Below are positions 1 through 10,203 of a stretch of 64,000 bases of DNA, piece by piece (position 1 is the first letter of the stretch; every line of letters begins with the position of its first letter). The translations under genes and the position numbers were made by a program. This DNA comes from Candidatus Spongiihabitans sp. (GTDB taxonomy: Bacteria; Pseudomonadota; Gammaproteobacteria; Arenicellales; Poriferihabitantaceae): contig OZ253452.1 of the NCBI GenBank assembly GCA_965261425.1, forward strand, positions 2,275,892 to 2,339,891, given 5' to 3'. The notes under the pieces were generated by a model, which did not search any database, was not told where the DNA came from, and was given only the letters and a program-made list of their open reading frames with translations.

Positions 1-1
1 A

Positions 2-874
2 ACCTATCCTGATTTGTTGCGAAGGCGCGCGCTGGTCGAAAAAGAACTGCAACAGATAGTGATTTACCGACAGCAACAAGATAAATTAACAAATCAATAC
101 CAAGAAAAAATCACGCAAGCCAAAAGCCACCGCAGCGAATTGACAGAACGCAGACAGCAGTTTCTTGAGCGTGTTTTAGCGGGCAATCTGTCAGTCAGAA
201 TAAGCGTTAAACCGTTTGCCGAGTCATGGCTTGATATGGAAAAACAAATCAGGGGCATATTGCAGACAGGTGGTCGTTTCGGCAAAGATATTGAAGCACT
301 GAAACAGATTGTTGACAAACAAGGATGGGGGCAGGCAAAGGAACAGCTAATCGCTATTCGCGGCAATAAAAAAGATGCCAAAGATGTCAGCTTTCAAACC
401 CATTTGCAGGGCTTGCCAGCCGAATCAATGACAGATATGCGGTTATGGTTTCCCGAAGATGCCTTGCAAATCACCTATGGAGAAAATGATAAGAAAATCA
501 GTGAAGGCTCGCCGGGGCAAAAATCTGCCGCCTTGCTGGCGTTTATTCTTGCTTATGGCGATGAACCATTGCTGCTTGACCAGCCAGAAGATGACTTGGA
601 TAATGACCTGATTTATAGCTTGATTGTGCAAGATATTAGAGCGACCAAAACTAACCGACAGATTGTTGTGGTTACCCACAATGCCAATATCGTGGTCAAT
701 GGTGATGCTGAAATGGTGCATTGTTTGACTGTGACGCACGGACAGTCACACATAACATCCGGCAGCCTCCAATCCAAAGCCATCAGAGAGCGCATTTGTA
801 ACACACTGGAAGGTGGTGATAAAGCCTTTGAGCAACGCTATAAGCGCATACATTTGGAGCGTCAACAATGTTAA
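2..874 (+). CDS. C-terminal part of an ABC/SMC-type (OLD/TrlF-like) AAA ATPase; 5' end lies outside the window
   Basis: The frame is open from the window edge; the listed ORF merely begins at an internal TTG at 14. A Walker B/D-loop-like LLLDQPEDDLD is followed by VVVTHNANIVVNGDAE. The stop (872-874) overlaps the next start (ATGTTAA). Confidence 0.55.
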   Translation, partial: TYPDLLRRRALVEKELQQIVIYRQQQDKLTNQYQEKITQAKSHRSELTERRQQFLERVLAGNLSVRISVKPFAESWLDMEKQIRGILQTGGRFGKDIEALKQIVDKQGWGQAKEQLIAIRGNKKDAKDVSFQTHLQGLPAESMTDMRLWFPEDALQITYGENDKKISEGSPGQKSAALLAFILAYGDEPLLLDQPEDDLDNDLIYSLIVQDIRATKTNRQIVVVTHNANIVVNGDAEMVHCLTVTHGQSHITSGSLQSKAIRERICNTLEGGDKAFEQRYKRIHLERQQC

Positions 875-2133
875 CCCCCTACGATATTTTAGACAAAATA
901 AATACTGGAGAAAACTCCGGGGTGGAGTTCAAGGATGTGATTGTTCGCGGTGACAAAATAAAAGCACCACACAGGGACAGTTTGTCCGATGAATTCGCCG
1001 CTTTCGCCAATCAATCAGGCGGCGCGGTGATCTTTGGGGTTGCTGATAAGACCCGTGAAATCAGGGGCATTGGTGTTGCGGATGTCCCTGTCTTGATTGC
1101 CTATATCAGCGAAATTTGTCACGACTCTGTTAATCCTCACATCGTGGATTTTTATGTGGATGGCGTTGAGATACCGGAACCAGGTGAAACCGGTGAAGAA
1201 AAGCATGTGGTTTATGTGCAGATTGAGCGAAGTCTTTGGCTCCATAAAAGCAAGAATGGTTATTTCTATCGACACGGTAATAGCAAAAGAGAAATGAGTA
1301 CAGAACATGTTTTGCGGGCAGGTCAAAGCCGCTCGCAAGCGCGCATTATTCAATTTTGTGAACAGTTTGTATCCAATACCGCTAAAGCAACTTTGCAAAA
1401 AAGTTTATACGCCCGTTTTATTAGTGCTACAGATACTGCTGATGAGGAAAACGACCTGCTTTTGAAACGAAATATCTTAATTGATGATCAGGGTGACTAC
1501 CGTGCATCAGTCGCTGGATTATTGATGTGTAGTGAACAATCGGACGAATATCTATACAACAGTTTTATTTGTGCAGTCTGCTACAAAGGACTTAATAAAG
1601 ACGCGAATTACCAACTGGATGCCAAAGATTTCAAAGGCACCTTAGATCAGCAAATAGTAGATGCCTATAAATTTGTCGAGAAACACAATACCGTTTCTGC
1701 GCGTAAGGAAAGCGGCCGCGAGGATCGACCCCAGTACAGCATGCAAGCTGTGTTTGAAGCGATAGTCAACGCAGTAGTACACCGGGATTACGCAAAGCAT
1801 GGCTCAAAAATCAGATTATTTATGTTTGCTGACCGGCTGGAAATTTGCTCACCCGGCGCATTGGCAAATACTTTAACGGTGGATAATTTGCCATACAATC
1901 AAGTTACCCGCAACGAACTTTTGGCCCGCTTATTGTCAGAAATAATAATTGAAGATGACAGCATCGGTCAAACAGCTCAAAGAAAACATTTTTTAGAACG
2001 TCGTGGTGAAGGTGTTGGAATTATTTTGCAACAAAGTGAGGAATTAAGCGGCAGGAAACCCATTTATAAAATGTACGACGAGGAGTTACATTTAACAGTT
2101 TTTGCCGCAAAATCCTTGCCGGATGAGGCTTAG
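868..2133 (+). CDS. AlbA_2 (Schlafen-type divergent AAA) DNA-binding domain protein with a RecG-like/HATPase_c_4-type C-terminal domain
   Basis: The N-terminus ENSGVEFKD...FANQSGGAVIFGV is typical of AlbA_2. The C-terminal AVFEAIVNAVVHRDYAKHGSKIRLFMFADRLEICSPGAL is typical of the RecG-like putative regulator family. It is coupled to both neighbours. Confidence 0.6.
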   Translation: MLTPYDILDKINTGENSGVEFKDVIVRGDKIKAPHRDSLSDEFAAFANQSGGAVIFGVADKTREIRGIGVADVPVLIAYISEICHDSVNPHIVDFYVDGVEIPEPGETGEEKHVVYVQIERSLWLHKSKNGYFYRHGNSKREMSTEHVLRAGQSRSQARIIQFCEQFVSNTAKATLQKSLYARFISATDTADEENDLLLKRNILIDDQGDYRASVAGLLMCSEQSDEYLYNSFICAVCYKGLNKDANYQLDAKDFKGTLDQQIVDAYKFVEKHNTVSARKESGREDRPQYSMQAVFEAIVNAVVHRDYAKHGSKIRLFMFADRLEICSPGALANTLTVDNLPYNQVTRNELLARLLSEIIIEDDSIGQTAQRKHFLERRGEGVGIILQQSEELSGRKPIYKMYDEELHLTVFAAKSLPDEA

Positions 2134-2136
2134 AAA

Positions 2137-4860
2137 ATGGCACTCCACCCCGATTTCCCGCAATCCCCGCACGCTATTCTGAATCCGGATACGCGCTGGT
2201 TTCCGGCGGACGAGACCCTGCGAGAGACCAGCATGAATAAGCTCATGCCACCGCTGGTGGCAAAGATTCGCCAGCAGGTGAAGGTGTTTCGGAACGATGA
2301 TTATGCTGGTGCCAGCGACACCAGCAAAAGTCTGCTCAACTGGTGGTTCAGGGAACCGCATAGGCTGCCGCAAGCAGACGGCACGATGGCAGAATTTCAA
2401 TATTTCTTTGCCCAGCGCGAAGCATTAGAAACCATGATTTATCTCTATGATGTTGTGGGGGTAAAAGACAGGTATGACCTGATGCGCTTCGATAGTTCAG
2501 GTGCGGTATCCGCTAATATGTTTGACGAAAGCTGGCGGCGGTTTGTTATCAAGATGGCAACCGGTAGCGGTAAAACCAAAGTAATGAGCCTGGTGCTGGC
2601 TTGGAGTTTCTTTCACAAACTCTACGAACCGAACTCGGAGTTGGCGCGTAATTTTCTGGTAATCACCCCCAACATTATTGTGCTGGATCGCATTTACCAT
2701 GACTTTCAAGGGTTGCGTATTTTCTTTTCCGATCCGGTGTTGCCCGACAACGGCTTTGATGGGCGTAACTGGCGTGAGGACTTCCAGCTCACCCTGCACA
2801 AACAGGACGAGGTGCGCGTTACCCGCCCCATCGGCAATATATTCCTGACCAATATCCACCGCGTCTATTCAGGCAATGACATCCCGCCCTCGCCCAATGA
2901 CGACAACACGATGGATTATTTTCTGGGCAAGCGTCCGAGCGGCGCGACTACCAATTCGAAAGTGGATTTGGGTATGATTGTGCGCGACATTGACGAGTTG
3001 ATGATACTCAACGACGAGGCGCACCATATCCATGATAAAAAGCTGGCATGGTTCAAATCCATAGAAGATATTCACAATCGGCTGTTGCAGAAAGGCGGGG
3101 CACTGGCATTACAGGTGGATGTAACCGCCACGCCGAAGCACAACAACGGCGCGATTTTCGTGCAAACCGTGTCCGACTACCCGCTGGTCGAGGCAATTTC
3201 CCAGAACGTGGTCAAACATCCGGTTTTGCCGGATGCGTCCAGCCGTGCAAAACTAGCGGAACACACCAGCGCAAAGTTTACCGAAAAATACAGCGATTAC
3301 ATTGATCTTGCTGTCATTGAATGGCGTAAGGCGTATGCCGAACATCAGAAGATGGGCAAAAAAGCGATTCTATTCGTGATGACCGACGACACCCGCAACT
3401 GCGATGACGTGGCCGAATATCTGGAAGGCCGCTACCCCGACCTTAAAGATGCGGTGCTGGTTATTCACACCAAAAATAATGGCGATATTTCCGAAGCGAC
3501 CTCGGGCAGGAAAAAAGAGGAGCTGGAAAAGCTACGCCAACAAGCCAACACGATTGATGAAGCGGACAGCCCCTACAAAGCCATTGTCTCCGTGTTGATG
3601 CTCAAGGAAGGCTGGGACGTTCGCAACGTCACCACTATTGTTGGTTTGCGCGCCTATACGTCCAAAAGCAATATCCTGCCGGAACAAACCCTCGGGCGCG
3701 GCCTGCGCAAGATGTACCCCGGTGGCTTGGAGGAATACGTCAGTGTCGTCGGCACCGATGCGTTTATGGATTTTGTCGAGTCGATTCAAGCAGAAGGCGT
3801 GGAGCTTGAACGCGCCGCGATGGGGGAAGGTGCCGACTCAAAGCTGCCGCTTGTGGTGGAAATTGACAACGACAACGAAACAAAGGACATTGAGGCACTG
3901 GACATTGAGATACCCGTACTTACGCCGCGTATCTATCGTGAATACAAAACCCTCACCGATTTAGATGCAAGTGCGATGGAGTACAGCCCGGTGCCTTACC
4001 AACCATTCAGCGCGCAGGAGCAGCGGGAGATTGTCTTCCGCGACATCACCACCAGCGAGATAACCCACACCACAATCCTTGATAGTGCCGGCGTGGCCGA
4101 CTATCGTAGCGTAATCGGATATTTCGCCCAGACTGTTATGCAGGAATTGCGACTGGTCAGCGGCTATGACGTACTCTACGGCAAAATCAAGACCTTTGTA
4201 CAGACCGAGCTATTTGCCCAGGCTGTAGAACTCGAACACCCGAATACGCTACGCAACTTATCGGAACTGCCCGCCACCAAAACGCTAATCGAGACTTTCA
4301 AAAAGGCTATCAATGCCTTAACCGTGCAGGATACGGGGGGTGCCGAAATACGCGCGACCATCAAATTACGCCAGACGCGCCCTTTTGTGGTGAAAAATCA
4401 GGCTTCTATAATCCCAAAAAAGAGTGTTTTCAACCGTATCATCGGCGACAGCCGGCTGGAACTTGAGTTTGCGAATTTTCTGGATAATTGCCCGAATGTG
4501 GTGTCTTATGCAAAAAATTACCTCGCCGTTCATTTCAAGCTGGATTATGTCAACGCCGATGGGAACATTTCCAATTATTACCCCGATTTTATCGTCAAAT
4601 TGAAAGACCAGAGCATTGCCATCGTCGAAACCAAAGGGCAGGCAGACTTGGACGTGCTGCCGAAGATGGCGCGCCTGCGGCAATGGTGCGAAGACATCAA
4701 TCGGATACAGTCGAATGTGATCTATGCTTTCGTGTATGTGGACGAGGACGGCTTCAATAAATATAAACCCGAGTCATTTTCGGATTTATTGACCAGTTTT
4801 CAAGAATATCAGCAGAATGGGCAACCAATCGCAGACACAGAAAACGTTGTGTTTAATTGA
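2137..4860 (+). CDS. Type III restriction Res-like SF2 helicase with C-terminal PD-(D/E)xK nuclease motif
   Basis: Motif I is MATGSGKTKVM and motif II is LNDEAHHIH (DEAH). VDVTATP is present, and motif VI is LPEQTLGRGLRK after KEGWDVRNV. The C-terminal YYPDFIVK...IAIVETKG matches a PD..ExK nuclease core. It starts 4 nt after the upstream stop. Confidence 0.75.
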   Translation: MALHPDFPQSPHAILNPDTRWFPADETLRETSMNKLMPPLVAKIRQQVKVFRNDDYAGASDTSKSLLNWWFREPHRLPQADGTMAEFQYFFAQREALETMIYLYDVVGVKDRYDLMRFDSSGAVSANMFDESWRRFVIKMATGSGKTKVMSLVLAWSFFHKLYEPNSELARNFLVITPNIIVLDRIYHDFQGLRIFFSDPVLPDNGFDGRNWREDFQLTLHKQDEVRVTRPIGNIFLTNIHRVYSGNDIPPSPNDDNTMDYFLGKRPSGATTNSKVDLGMIVRDIDELMILNDEAHHIHDKKLAWFKSIEDIHNRLLQKGGALALQVDVTATPKHNNGAIFVQTVSDYPLVEAISQNVVKHPVLPDASSRAKLAEHTSAKFTEKYSDYIDLAVIEWRKAYAEHQKMGKKAILFVMTDDTRNCDDVAEYLEGRYPDLKDAVLVIHTKNNGDISEATSGRKKEELEKLRQQANTIDEADSPYKAIVSVLMLKEGWDVRNVTTIVGLRAYTSKSNILPEQTLGRGLRKMYPGGLEEYVSVVGTDAFMDFVESIQAEGVELERAAMGEGADSKLPLVVEIDNDNETKDIEALDIEIPVLTPRIYREYKTLTDLDASAMEYSPVPYQPFSAQEQREIVFRDITTSEITHTTILDSAGVADYRSVIGYFAQTVMQELRLVSGYDVLYGKIKTFVQTELFAQAVELEHPNTLRNLSELPATKTLIETFKKAINALTVQDTGGAEIRATIKLRQTRPFVVKNQASIIPKKSVFNRIIGDSRLELEFANFLDNCPNVVSYAKNYLAVHFKLDYVNADGNISNYYPDFIVKLKDQSIAIVETKGQADLDVLPKMARLRQWCEDINRIQSNVIYAFVYVDEDGFNKYKPESFSDLLTSFQEYQQNGQPIADTENVVFN

Positions 4861-5136
4861 AAATGGGCGTAGCAAAGAAACTCTGAACACCCACTGGTTT
4901 ATAGATGAGCCAGATATTTCGTGAACATCCCGTTTAATTTTCGAATTCAATCCACACTGGAAAATGATCCGAACCTTGTGCTTCGCTATTTACCCAGTAC
5001 TTTTTTAGTTTTTGGCGAATTGAGCTGCTGGCAAAACAGTAGTCCAGTTGGGCAGGAGAACCGGCAACTAAGCTGGTATGTCCGGGTATTTTATCCTGTC
5101 CACATTGACGCCAAGTTTAAGAACTTACTGGGGATT

Positions 5137-5248
5137 GAGGGTTTTCTACATGTAACATGCACTAGCTTGGGGTTTTTGCACAGTCTCCTCCGCAGGAAAG
5201 ACGGATGTTGGTTTTTTGCACAGTCTCTTCGTTCGGCGAGGCTCTCGA
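5137..5248. repeat. Composite of fragments of the dispersed MITE family (two right-end-type modules ending TTGCACAGTCTC plus a GGCGAGGCTCTCGA module)
   Basis: 5137-5187 aligns to the right half of the 59188-59307 copy. 5188-5227 is the reverse complement of its left end (CGCAGGAAaGACGGATGTTGGTTTtTTGCACAGTCTC). 5228-5248 matches the reverse complement of 60725-60745. Confidence 0.7.
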
Positions 5249-5455
5249 TCCGTCCGATTATTTTTTGAATTATGCAAAGGTCTCTCGTAATTCGTAATTT
5301 TATTAATCTGCCGTATGTGATAAAATCCTGCCGATTTAGTGGACAACATTTATGTCGTCATGCCCGACCCGATGATTGCCGTTAGAGCATCTTTATTAAA
5401 GAAACGCACTTACTGCTAATGACATCATAACCATCGCAAATATAATTTCGCCACA

Positions 5456-8092
5456 ATGACACAAACGCCTTTCGCAAAAGAAACCCTACCCGCTAATCTG
5501 GAAAAAGAGATGCGGCAGTCCTACCTCGACTACGCCATGAGCGTCATCGTAGGGCGTGCCTTGCCGGATATTCGGGATGGCTTAAAACCGGTTCATCGGC
5601 GGGTGTTGTACGCCATGTCGGTGCTGGGCAATGATTGGAATAAGGCTTATAAAAAATCCGCTCGGGTCGTCGGTGATGTGATTGGTAAATACCATCCGCA
5701 CGGTGATACGGCGATTTATGACACCATCGTGCGTATGGCACAGGATTTTTCCATGCGTTATATGCTGGTCGATGGGCAGGGCAACTTCGGTTCAGTGGAC
5801 GGCGATTCACCCGCGGCGATGCGATATACCGAAATACGCTTGGCGCGGATTGCCCACGAATTATTGATCGACATCGACAAAGAGACCGTAGATTTTGGTC
5901 CGAACTATGATGAAACGGAAACCCAGCCTTTGGTATTGCCTGCTCGGGTTCCCAACTTGCTGGTCAATGGTTCCACCGGTATTGCCGTGGGCATGGCGAC
6001 CAACATTCCGCCCCATAATCTGGGTGAGACGATTGATGCCTGTTTCGCGCTGATGGATAACAGTGAAATCAGTGTGGCAGAATTGATGAAACACTTGCCG
6101 GGCCCGGATTTCCCGACCGCTGGAATCATCAATGGTCGTAGCGGCATCCGTCAGGCTTATGAAACCGGTCGTGGGCGGATTTATGTGCGTGCGCGCACTG
6201 AAATCGAAACCAATAGCAATGGACGCGAGTCCATCATCGTTGTCGAATTACCCTATCAGGTCAACAAGGCGAGATTGATGGAAAAAATTGCCGAGCTGGT
6301 TAAAAACAAACGCATCGATGGCATATCGGCAATCCGTGACGAATCCGATAAATCGGGTATGCGGATGGTGGTTGAGATAAAAAGGGGCGAACAGTCGGAA
6401 GTGGTGTTGAATAATTTATACAAACAAACTCAGTTGCAAACTGTATTTGGCATCAACATGGTGGCGTTGAGCAGAAATCAGCCAAATATATTCAACCTGA
6501 AAGAAATACTTGCCGAATTCATCAAATACCGCCGGGAAGTGGTGACTCGCAGAACGGTATTTGAGCTTGGCAAGGCGCGTAGTCGCGCCCATCTGCTCGA
6601 AGGTCTTGCGGTCGCGCTCGCCAATATAGACGCGATTATTGCGCTGATTAAGGCGGCGCAAACCTCGGCGCAAGCGAAAGAAAACTTGTTGAACGAAATA
6701 TGGCAACCGGGCGCGGTGGCTGACATGCTGTCGCGTAGCGATGCCAACTTGTCGCGTCCAGATGGTTTGGATGAAGAGTATGCCATGACCCAAACAGGGT
6801 ATCGGCTGTCGCCAGAGCAGGCGCAGGCTATTCTGGACATGCGCTTGCATCGACTGACCGGTCTGGAACAGGAAAAAATCCATAAAGAATATGCTGAAAT
6901 CATCGACCAGATTCTTGCGTTGCTGGAGATTCTGGAAAACCCGGATCGTTTGGTGGAAGTTATTCGTGAGGAATTACAGGATATTCGTGATCGCTATGGC
7001 GATGAGCGGCGCACAGAAATTATGGAAGGCGAGATTGATTTGTCTATGGAGGATTTGATTCCCGAAGAAGATGTGGTGGTGACCATTTCCCACGAGGGTT
7101 ATGCGAAGTTGCAGCCCATTTCGGATTACTGTGCCCAGAAACGTGGCGGCAAGGGCAGGATTGCGACCCGAACCAAAGAAGAAGATTTCGTTAGTCGTAT
7201 GTTTGTGGCAAATTCGCATGACACCATTTTGTGTTTTTCCAACATGGGTAAGGTCTATTGGTTGCGGGTGTTTCAGTTGCCGCAAGCCGGACGGCAAGCA
7301 CGAGGCAAGCCTTTGGTTAATTTGTTGCCGCTTGATGCCGATGAGCAGGTGACCACCGTATTACCGATTAAAGGTTATGCGGAAGACACCAATATCCTCA
7401 TGGCAACGGCGTTGGGGGTCATTAAAAAGAATCGTCTGAACGATTTTTCACGTCCCAGAATTTCCGGCATTAAAGCGATAAATTTACAGCCGGATGACCA
7501 TTTAATCGGCATAGTCTTAACCCATGGTGAGGATGATTTACTGCTGATTAGCGATGCTGGTAAGGCGATGAGGTTTTCAGAGAAAGATGTTCGGCTGGTC
7601 GGGCGCGTGGCGAGAGGAGTCAGAGGGATTCGCTTGGACAAAGGTCAACACGTTATTTCACTGATGGTGTTGCCCTCGGCGGATGTTGCTAATGCCGGCG
7701 ATGGTAGTAAAGAGGCGGTATCGGAGCCGGCAATTCTGACCTGCACCATACATGGCTATGGAAAGCGTACTCCGATTGCCGATTTTCCGCGCAAAAACCG
7801 CGCTGGAAAAGGCGTTATTGCGATAAAAACATCGAAGCGGAATGGGATGGTTGTGAGCGCGCACATCGTCAATCAATCCGATGAGGTTATGTTGATTACT
7901 GATGGCGGTATTCTGATTCGTACCCGCATTGCCGAAATTTCGAATCAGGGCAGGAATACCCAAGGGGTCAGGCTGATTTCACTGAAAAATGACGAAAAAT
8001 TAGTCAGCGTAGGCAAGGTTGAGGATACCGATGAGGTCGATGATACTGGCGATGATAAAGCAGAACCAACACACGACCCGCTGATTCATTAA
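5456..8092 (+). CDS. gyrA: DNA gyrase subunit A
   Basis: 878 aa. It has the canonical N-terminus with the active-site region and QRDR ([13 protein letters not shown]), plus C-terminal beta-pinwheel repeats. Confidence 0.97.
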   Translation: MTQTPFAKETLPANLEKEMRQSYLDYAMSVIVGRALPDIRDGLKPVHRRVLYAMSVLGNDWNKAYKKSARVVGDVIGKYHPHGDTAIYDTIVRMAQDFSMRYMLVDGQGNFGSVDGDSPAAMRYTEIRLARIAHELLIDIDKETVDFGPNYDETETQPLVLPARVPNLLVNGSTGIAVGMATNIPPHNLGETIDACFALMDNSEISVAELMKHLPGPDFPTAGIINGRSGIRQAYETGRGRIYVRARTEIETNSNGRESIIVVELPYQVNKARLMEKIAELVKNKRIDGISAIRDESDKSGMRMVVEIKRGEQSEVVLNNLYKQTQLQTVFGINMVALSRNQPNIFNLKEILAEFIKYRREVVTRRTVFELGKARSRAHLLEGLAVALANIDAIIALIKAAQTSAQAKENLLNEIWQPGAVADMLSRSDANLSRPDGLDEEYAMTQTGYRLSPEQAQAILDMRLHRLTGLEQEKIHKEYAEIIDQILALLEILENPDRLVEVIREELQDIRDRYGDERRTEIMEGEIDLSMEDLIPEEDVVVTISHEGYAKLQPISDYCAQKRGGKGRIATRTKEEDFVSRMFVANSHDTILCFSNMGKVYWLRVFQLPQAGRQARGKPLVNLLPLDADEQVTTVLPIKGYAEDTNILMATALGVIKKNRLNDFSRPRISGIKAINLQPDDHLIGIVLTHGEDDLLLISDAGKAMRFSEKDVRLVGRVARGVRGIRLDKGQHVISLMVLPSADVANAGDGSKEAVSEPAILTCTIHGYGKRTPIADFPRKNRAGKGVIAIKTSKRNGMVVSAHIVNQSDEVMLITDGGILIRTRIAEISNQGRNTQGVRLISLKNDEKLVSVGKVEDTDEVDDTGDDKAEPTHDPLIH

Positions 8093-8135
8093 GCCTGAAC
8101 CTGAACCCGAGCCCAAATCAGGCATATAACGAAGA

Positions 8136-9233
8136 ATGAGCAAAGAAACCGACCAAAAACTGACTGTTTTTCGCGATGAAATCGACCACATTGATGCCGA
8201 TATTCTGCGCTTGATGAATAAACGACTCAAGGTCGCACAATCGATTGCCCAAATTAAAACCACGTTGGAGGAGCCTGCGTTTTACCGGCCGGAACGAGAA
8301 GCGCGGGTTTTGAGTCGTCTGCAAGACCTGAATGACGGATTGTTGCAGAACCGCTCGCTGGAATCATTGTTCAGGGAAATCATGTCCATTACGCGGGGCA
8401 TAGAGGCAGGATTATCGGTGGCAGTGCTCGGTCCGATTGGCACTTATACCGAAGCGGCTGCGCGACACCATTTCGGGAGTAGCATTACCATTACCGATTT
8501 CTCCACCATTGATGAGATTTTCAAAGCGACCGAAACCGGGCGCACCAATTTCTCTGTGGTGCCGGTTGAAAACTCGACCGAAGGCGGCGTAACCGGAACG
8601 CTGGATCGTTTGGTCAACACTTCGCTCACCATCTGCGGGGAGATTAATTTACCCATTCACCACAATTTATTGAGCCTTGCGGATGGGCCGAATGGTGATT
8701 TGAGTCGGGTGAAAAAAATATACGCACATACCCAGTCTTTGGGACAATGCAAACACTGGCTGGATAAAAATTGTTCGCAAGCAGAATTGATTCCGGTGAG
8801 CAGTAATGCCGATGCGGCTCAAAAAGTGACTACGGAAAAATCAGCCGCTGCCATTGCCAGCGCGATTGCCGCACAACGCTACAAGCTCAAAACTGTAGCG
8901 ACAAACATTGAGGATGAACCGGGTAACACAACCCGCTTTTTAGTCTTGTCCAACCGCACCACGCCACCCAGTGGCAACGACAAAACCAGTTTGTTATTAT
9001 CTTGTCGAAGTCGCCCGGGGGCGTTGTTGCATTTATTGCAACCGTTGCTCGGCGAGCAGATTGATATGACTAAAATTGAATCCAGACCCTCCAAAATCGG
9101 GCTGTGGGAATACATCTTTTTTATTGATATTATGGGTCATCAAGAACAACAACATGTTGCAAAAGCATTGAGCGAACTCAAAGCGGAAGCGGGATTATTC
9201 AAAAATCTCGGCTCCTATCCGGCATCTATTTAA
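8136..9233 (+). CDS. pheA: Bifunctional chorismate mutase / prephenate dehydratase (P-protein)
   Basis: The N-terminal CM_2 region is LTVFRDEIDHIDADILRLMNKR. It is followed by a PDT domain (VAVLGPIGTYTE..., TRF motif NTTRFLVL) and a C-terminal ACT-like region (ESRPS). Confidence 0.9.
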   Translation: MSKETDQKLTVFRDEIDHIDADILRLMNKRLKVAQSIAQIKTTLEEPAFYRPEREARVLSRLQDLNDGLLQNRSLESLFREIMSITRGIEAGLSVAVLGPIGTYTEAAARHHFGSSITITDFSTIDEIFKATETGRTNFSVVPVENSTEGGVTGTLDRLVNTSLTICGEINLPIHHNLLSLADGPNGDLSRVKKIYAHTQSLGQCKHWLDKNCSQAELIPVSSNADAAQKVTTEKSAAAIASAIAAQRYKLKTVATNIEDEPGNTTRFLVLSNRTTPPSGNDKTSLLLSCRSRPGALLHLLQPLLGEQIDMTKIESRPSKIGLWEYIFFIDIMGHQEQQHVAKALSELKAEAGLFKNLGSYPASI

Positions 9234-9274
9234 TCCCCATATTAGCCCAGCGCGGGCTAGGCGCGAAGAAATAC

Positions 9275-10165
9275 ATGAACGAAACACCTCATATTCAGAC
9301 CCTTGCCATTGTCGGTGTCGGCTTGATTGGCGGCTCGCTGGCGATGGCATTGAAGCAGGCAGGCGCAGTCGGGAGCATCATCGGCGTAGGACGCTCGCGG
9401 GTGAATTTAGCCACCGCCTTGTCGCTTGGGGTTATCGATCAAATCCAGCCCGACCTGCAACAGGCGGTTGATGATGCCGATATTATTGTGCTGGCAACGC
9501 CGGTCAATACCATTGCGAGGCTTTTTGAAGCCATTGCACCAGCGATGAATGCGGATAAAATTGTAACCGATGTCGGCAGTGTCAAGGGCGGCATCGTCGA
9601 GCAGGCGAGAGCCGCATTGGGCATTCATTTTAATCGCTTTGTCGGCGCCCATCCGGTTGCCGGCAAGGAAAAATCGGGTATTACGGCAGCCACGAACGAT
9701 TTGTTTGAAAATCATAAAGTGATTTTGACCCCAAACGCGCAAACCGATGTGGAAGCCTGTCGGCGCATCGAAAACATGTGGCGAAGTACCGGTGCCGAAG
9801 TGAAATTGATGGATGTGGCAGAGCACGATCGGGTGTTGTCCATCACCAGCCATCTGCCGCATGTGTTGGCGTATGTGATGATGGATTTTCTGTCAACGTC
9901 ATCATCACGCGACCGCTGTTATGAGATGGCGGCTGGTGGTTTTTATGATTTCACCCGCACCGCCTCCAGCGACCCAGAAATGTGGCGCGATATTTCGCTG
10001 ATGAATAAACAATATTTACTGGCGCATATTGCCGAGTTTAAGACTCAATTAGAGCATGTCGCCAAGATGATTGAGGCAGACGAACAACAGGCTATCGAGA
10101 CGCTGTACGCATCAGCAAAGCAAGCCCGCGCTCGGGTCACGGAAAAACGAAAAAGCACGTTGTAG
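9275..10165 (+). CDS. tyrA: Prephenate (arogenate) dehydrogenase
   Basis: It has a Rossmann N-terminus (IVGVGLIGGSLAMAL), GAHPVAGKEKSG and SHLPHVLAY motifs, and lies in the aromatic amino-acid gene block. Confidence 0.85.
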   Translation: MNETPHIQTLAIVGVGLIGGSLAMALKQAGAVGSIIGVGRSRVNLATALSLGVIDQIQPDLQQAVDDADIIVLATPVNTIARLFEAIAPAMNADKIVTDVGSVKGGIVEQARAALGIHFNRFVGAHPVAGKEKSGITAATNDLFENHKVILTPNAQTDVEACRRIENMWRSTGAEVKLMDVAEHDRVLSITSHLPHVLAYVMMDFLSTSSSRDRCYEMAAGGFYDFTRTASSDPEMWRDISLMNKQYLLAHIAEFKTQLEHVAKMIEADEQQAIETLYASAKQARARVTEKRKSTL

Positions 10166-10203
10166 CAACGCGCTGAATTTTAATTTCGTATTATGAGCAT
10201 CCT

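Noticed and set aside
4921-5268. 115-aa ORF upstream of gyrA
   Set aside because: It reads through the MITE fragments (5137-5248) and has no RBS or family features, so it is most likely non-coding.
5696-5725. gyrA QRDR substitution (Thr at the E. coli Ser83-equivalent position, [11 protein letters not shown])
   Set aside because: Thr is the wild-type residue in many gammaproteobacteria such as Pseudomonas, so it is not evidence of quinolone resistance.
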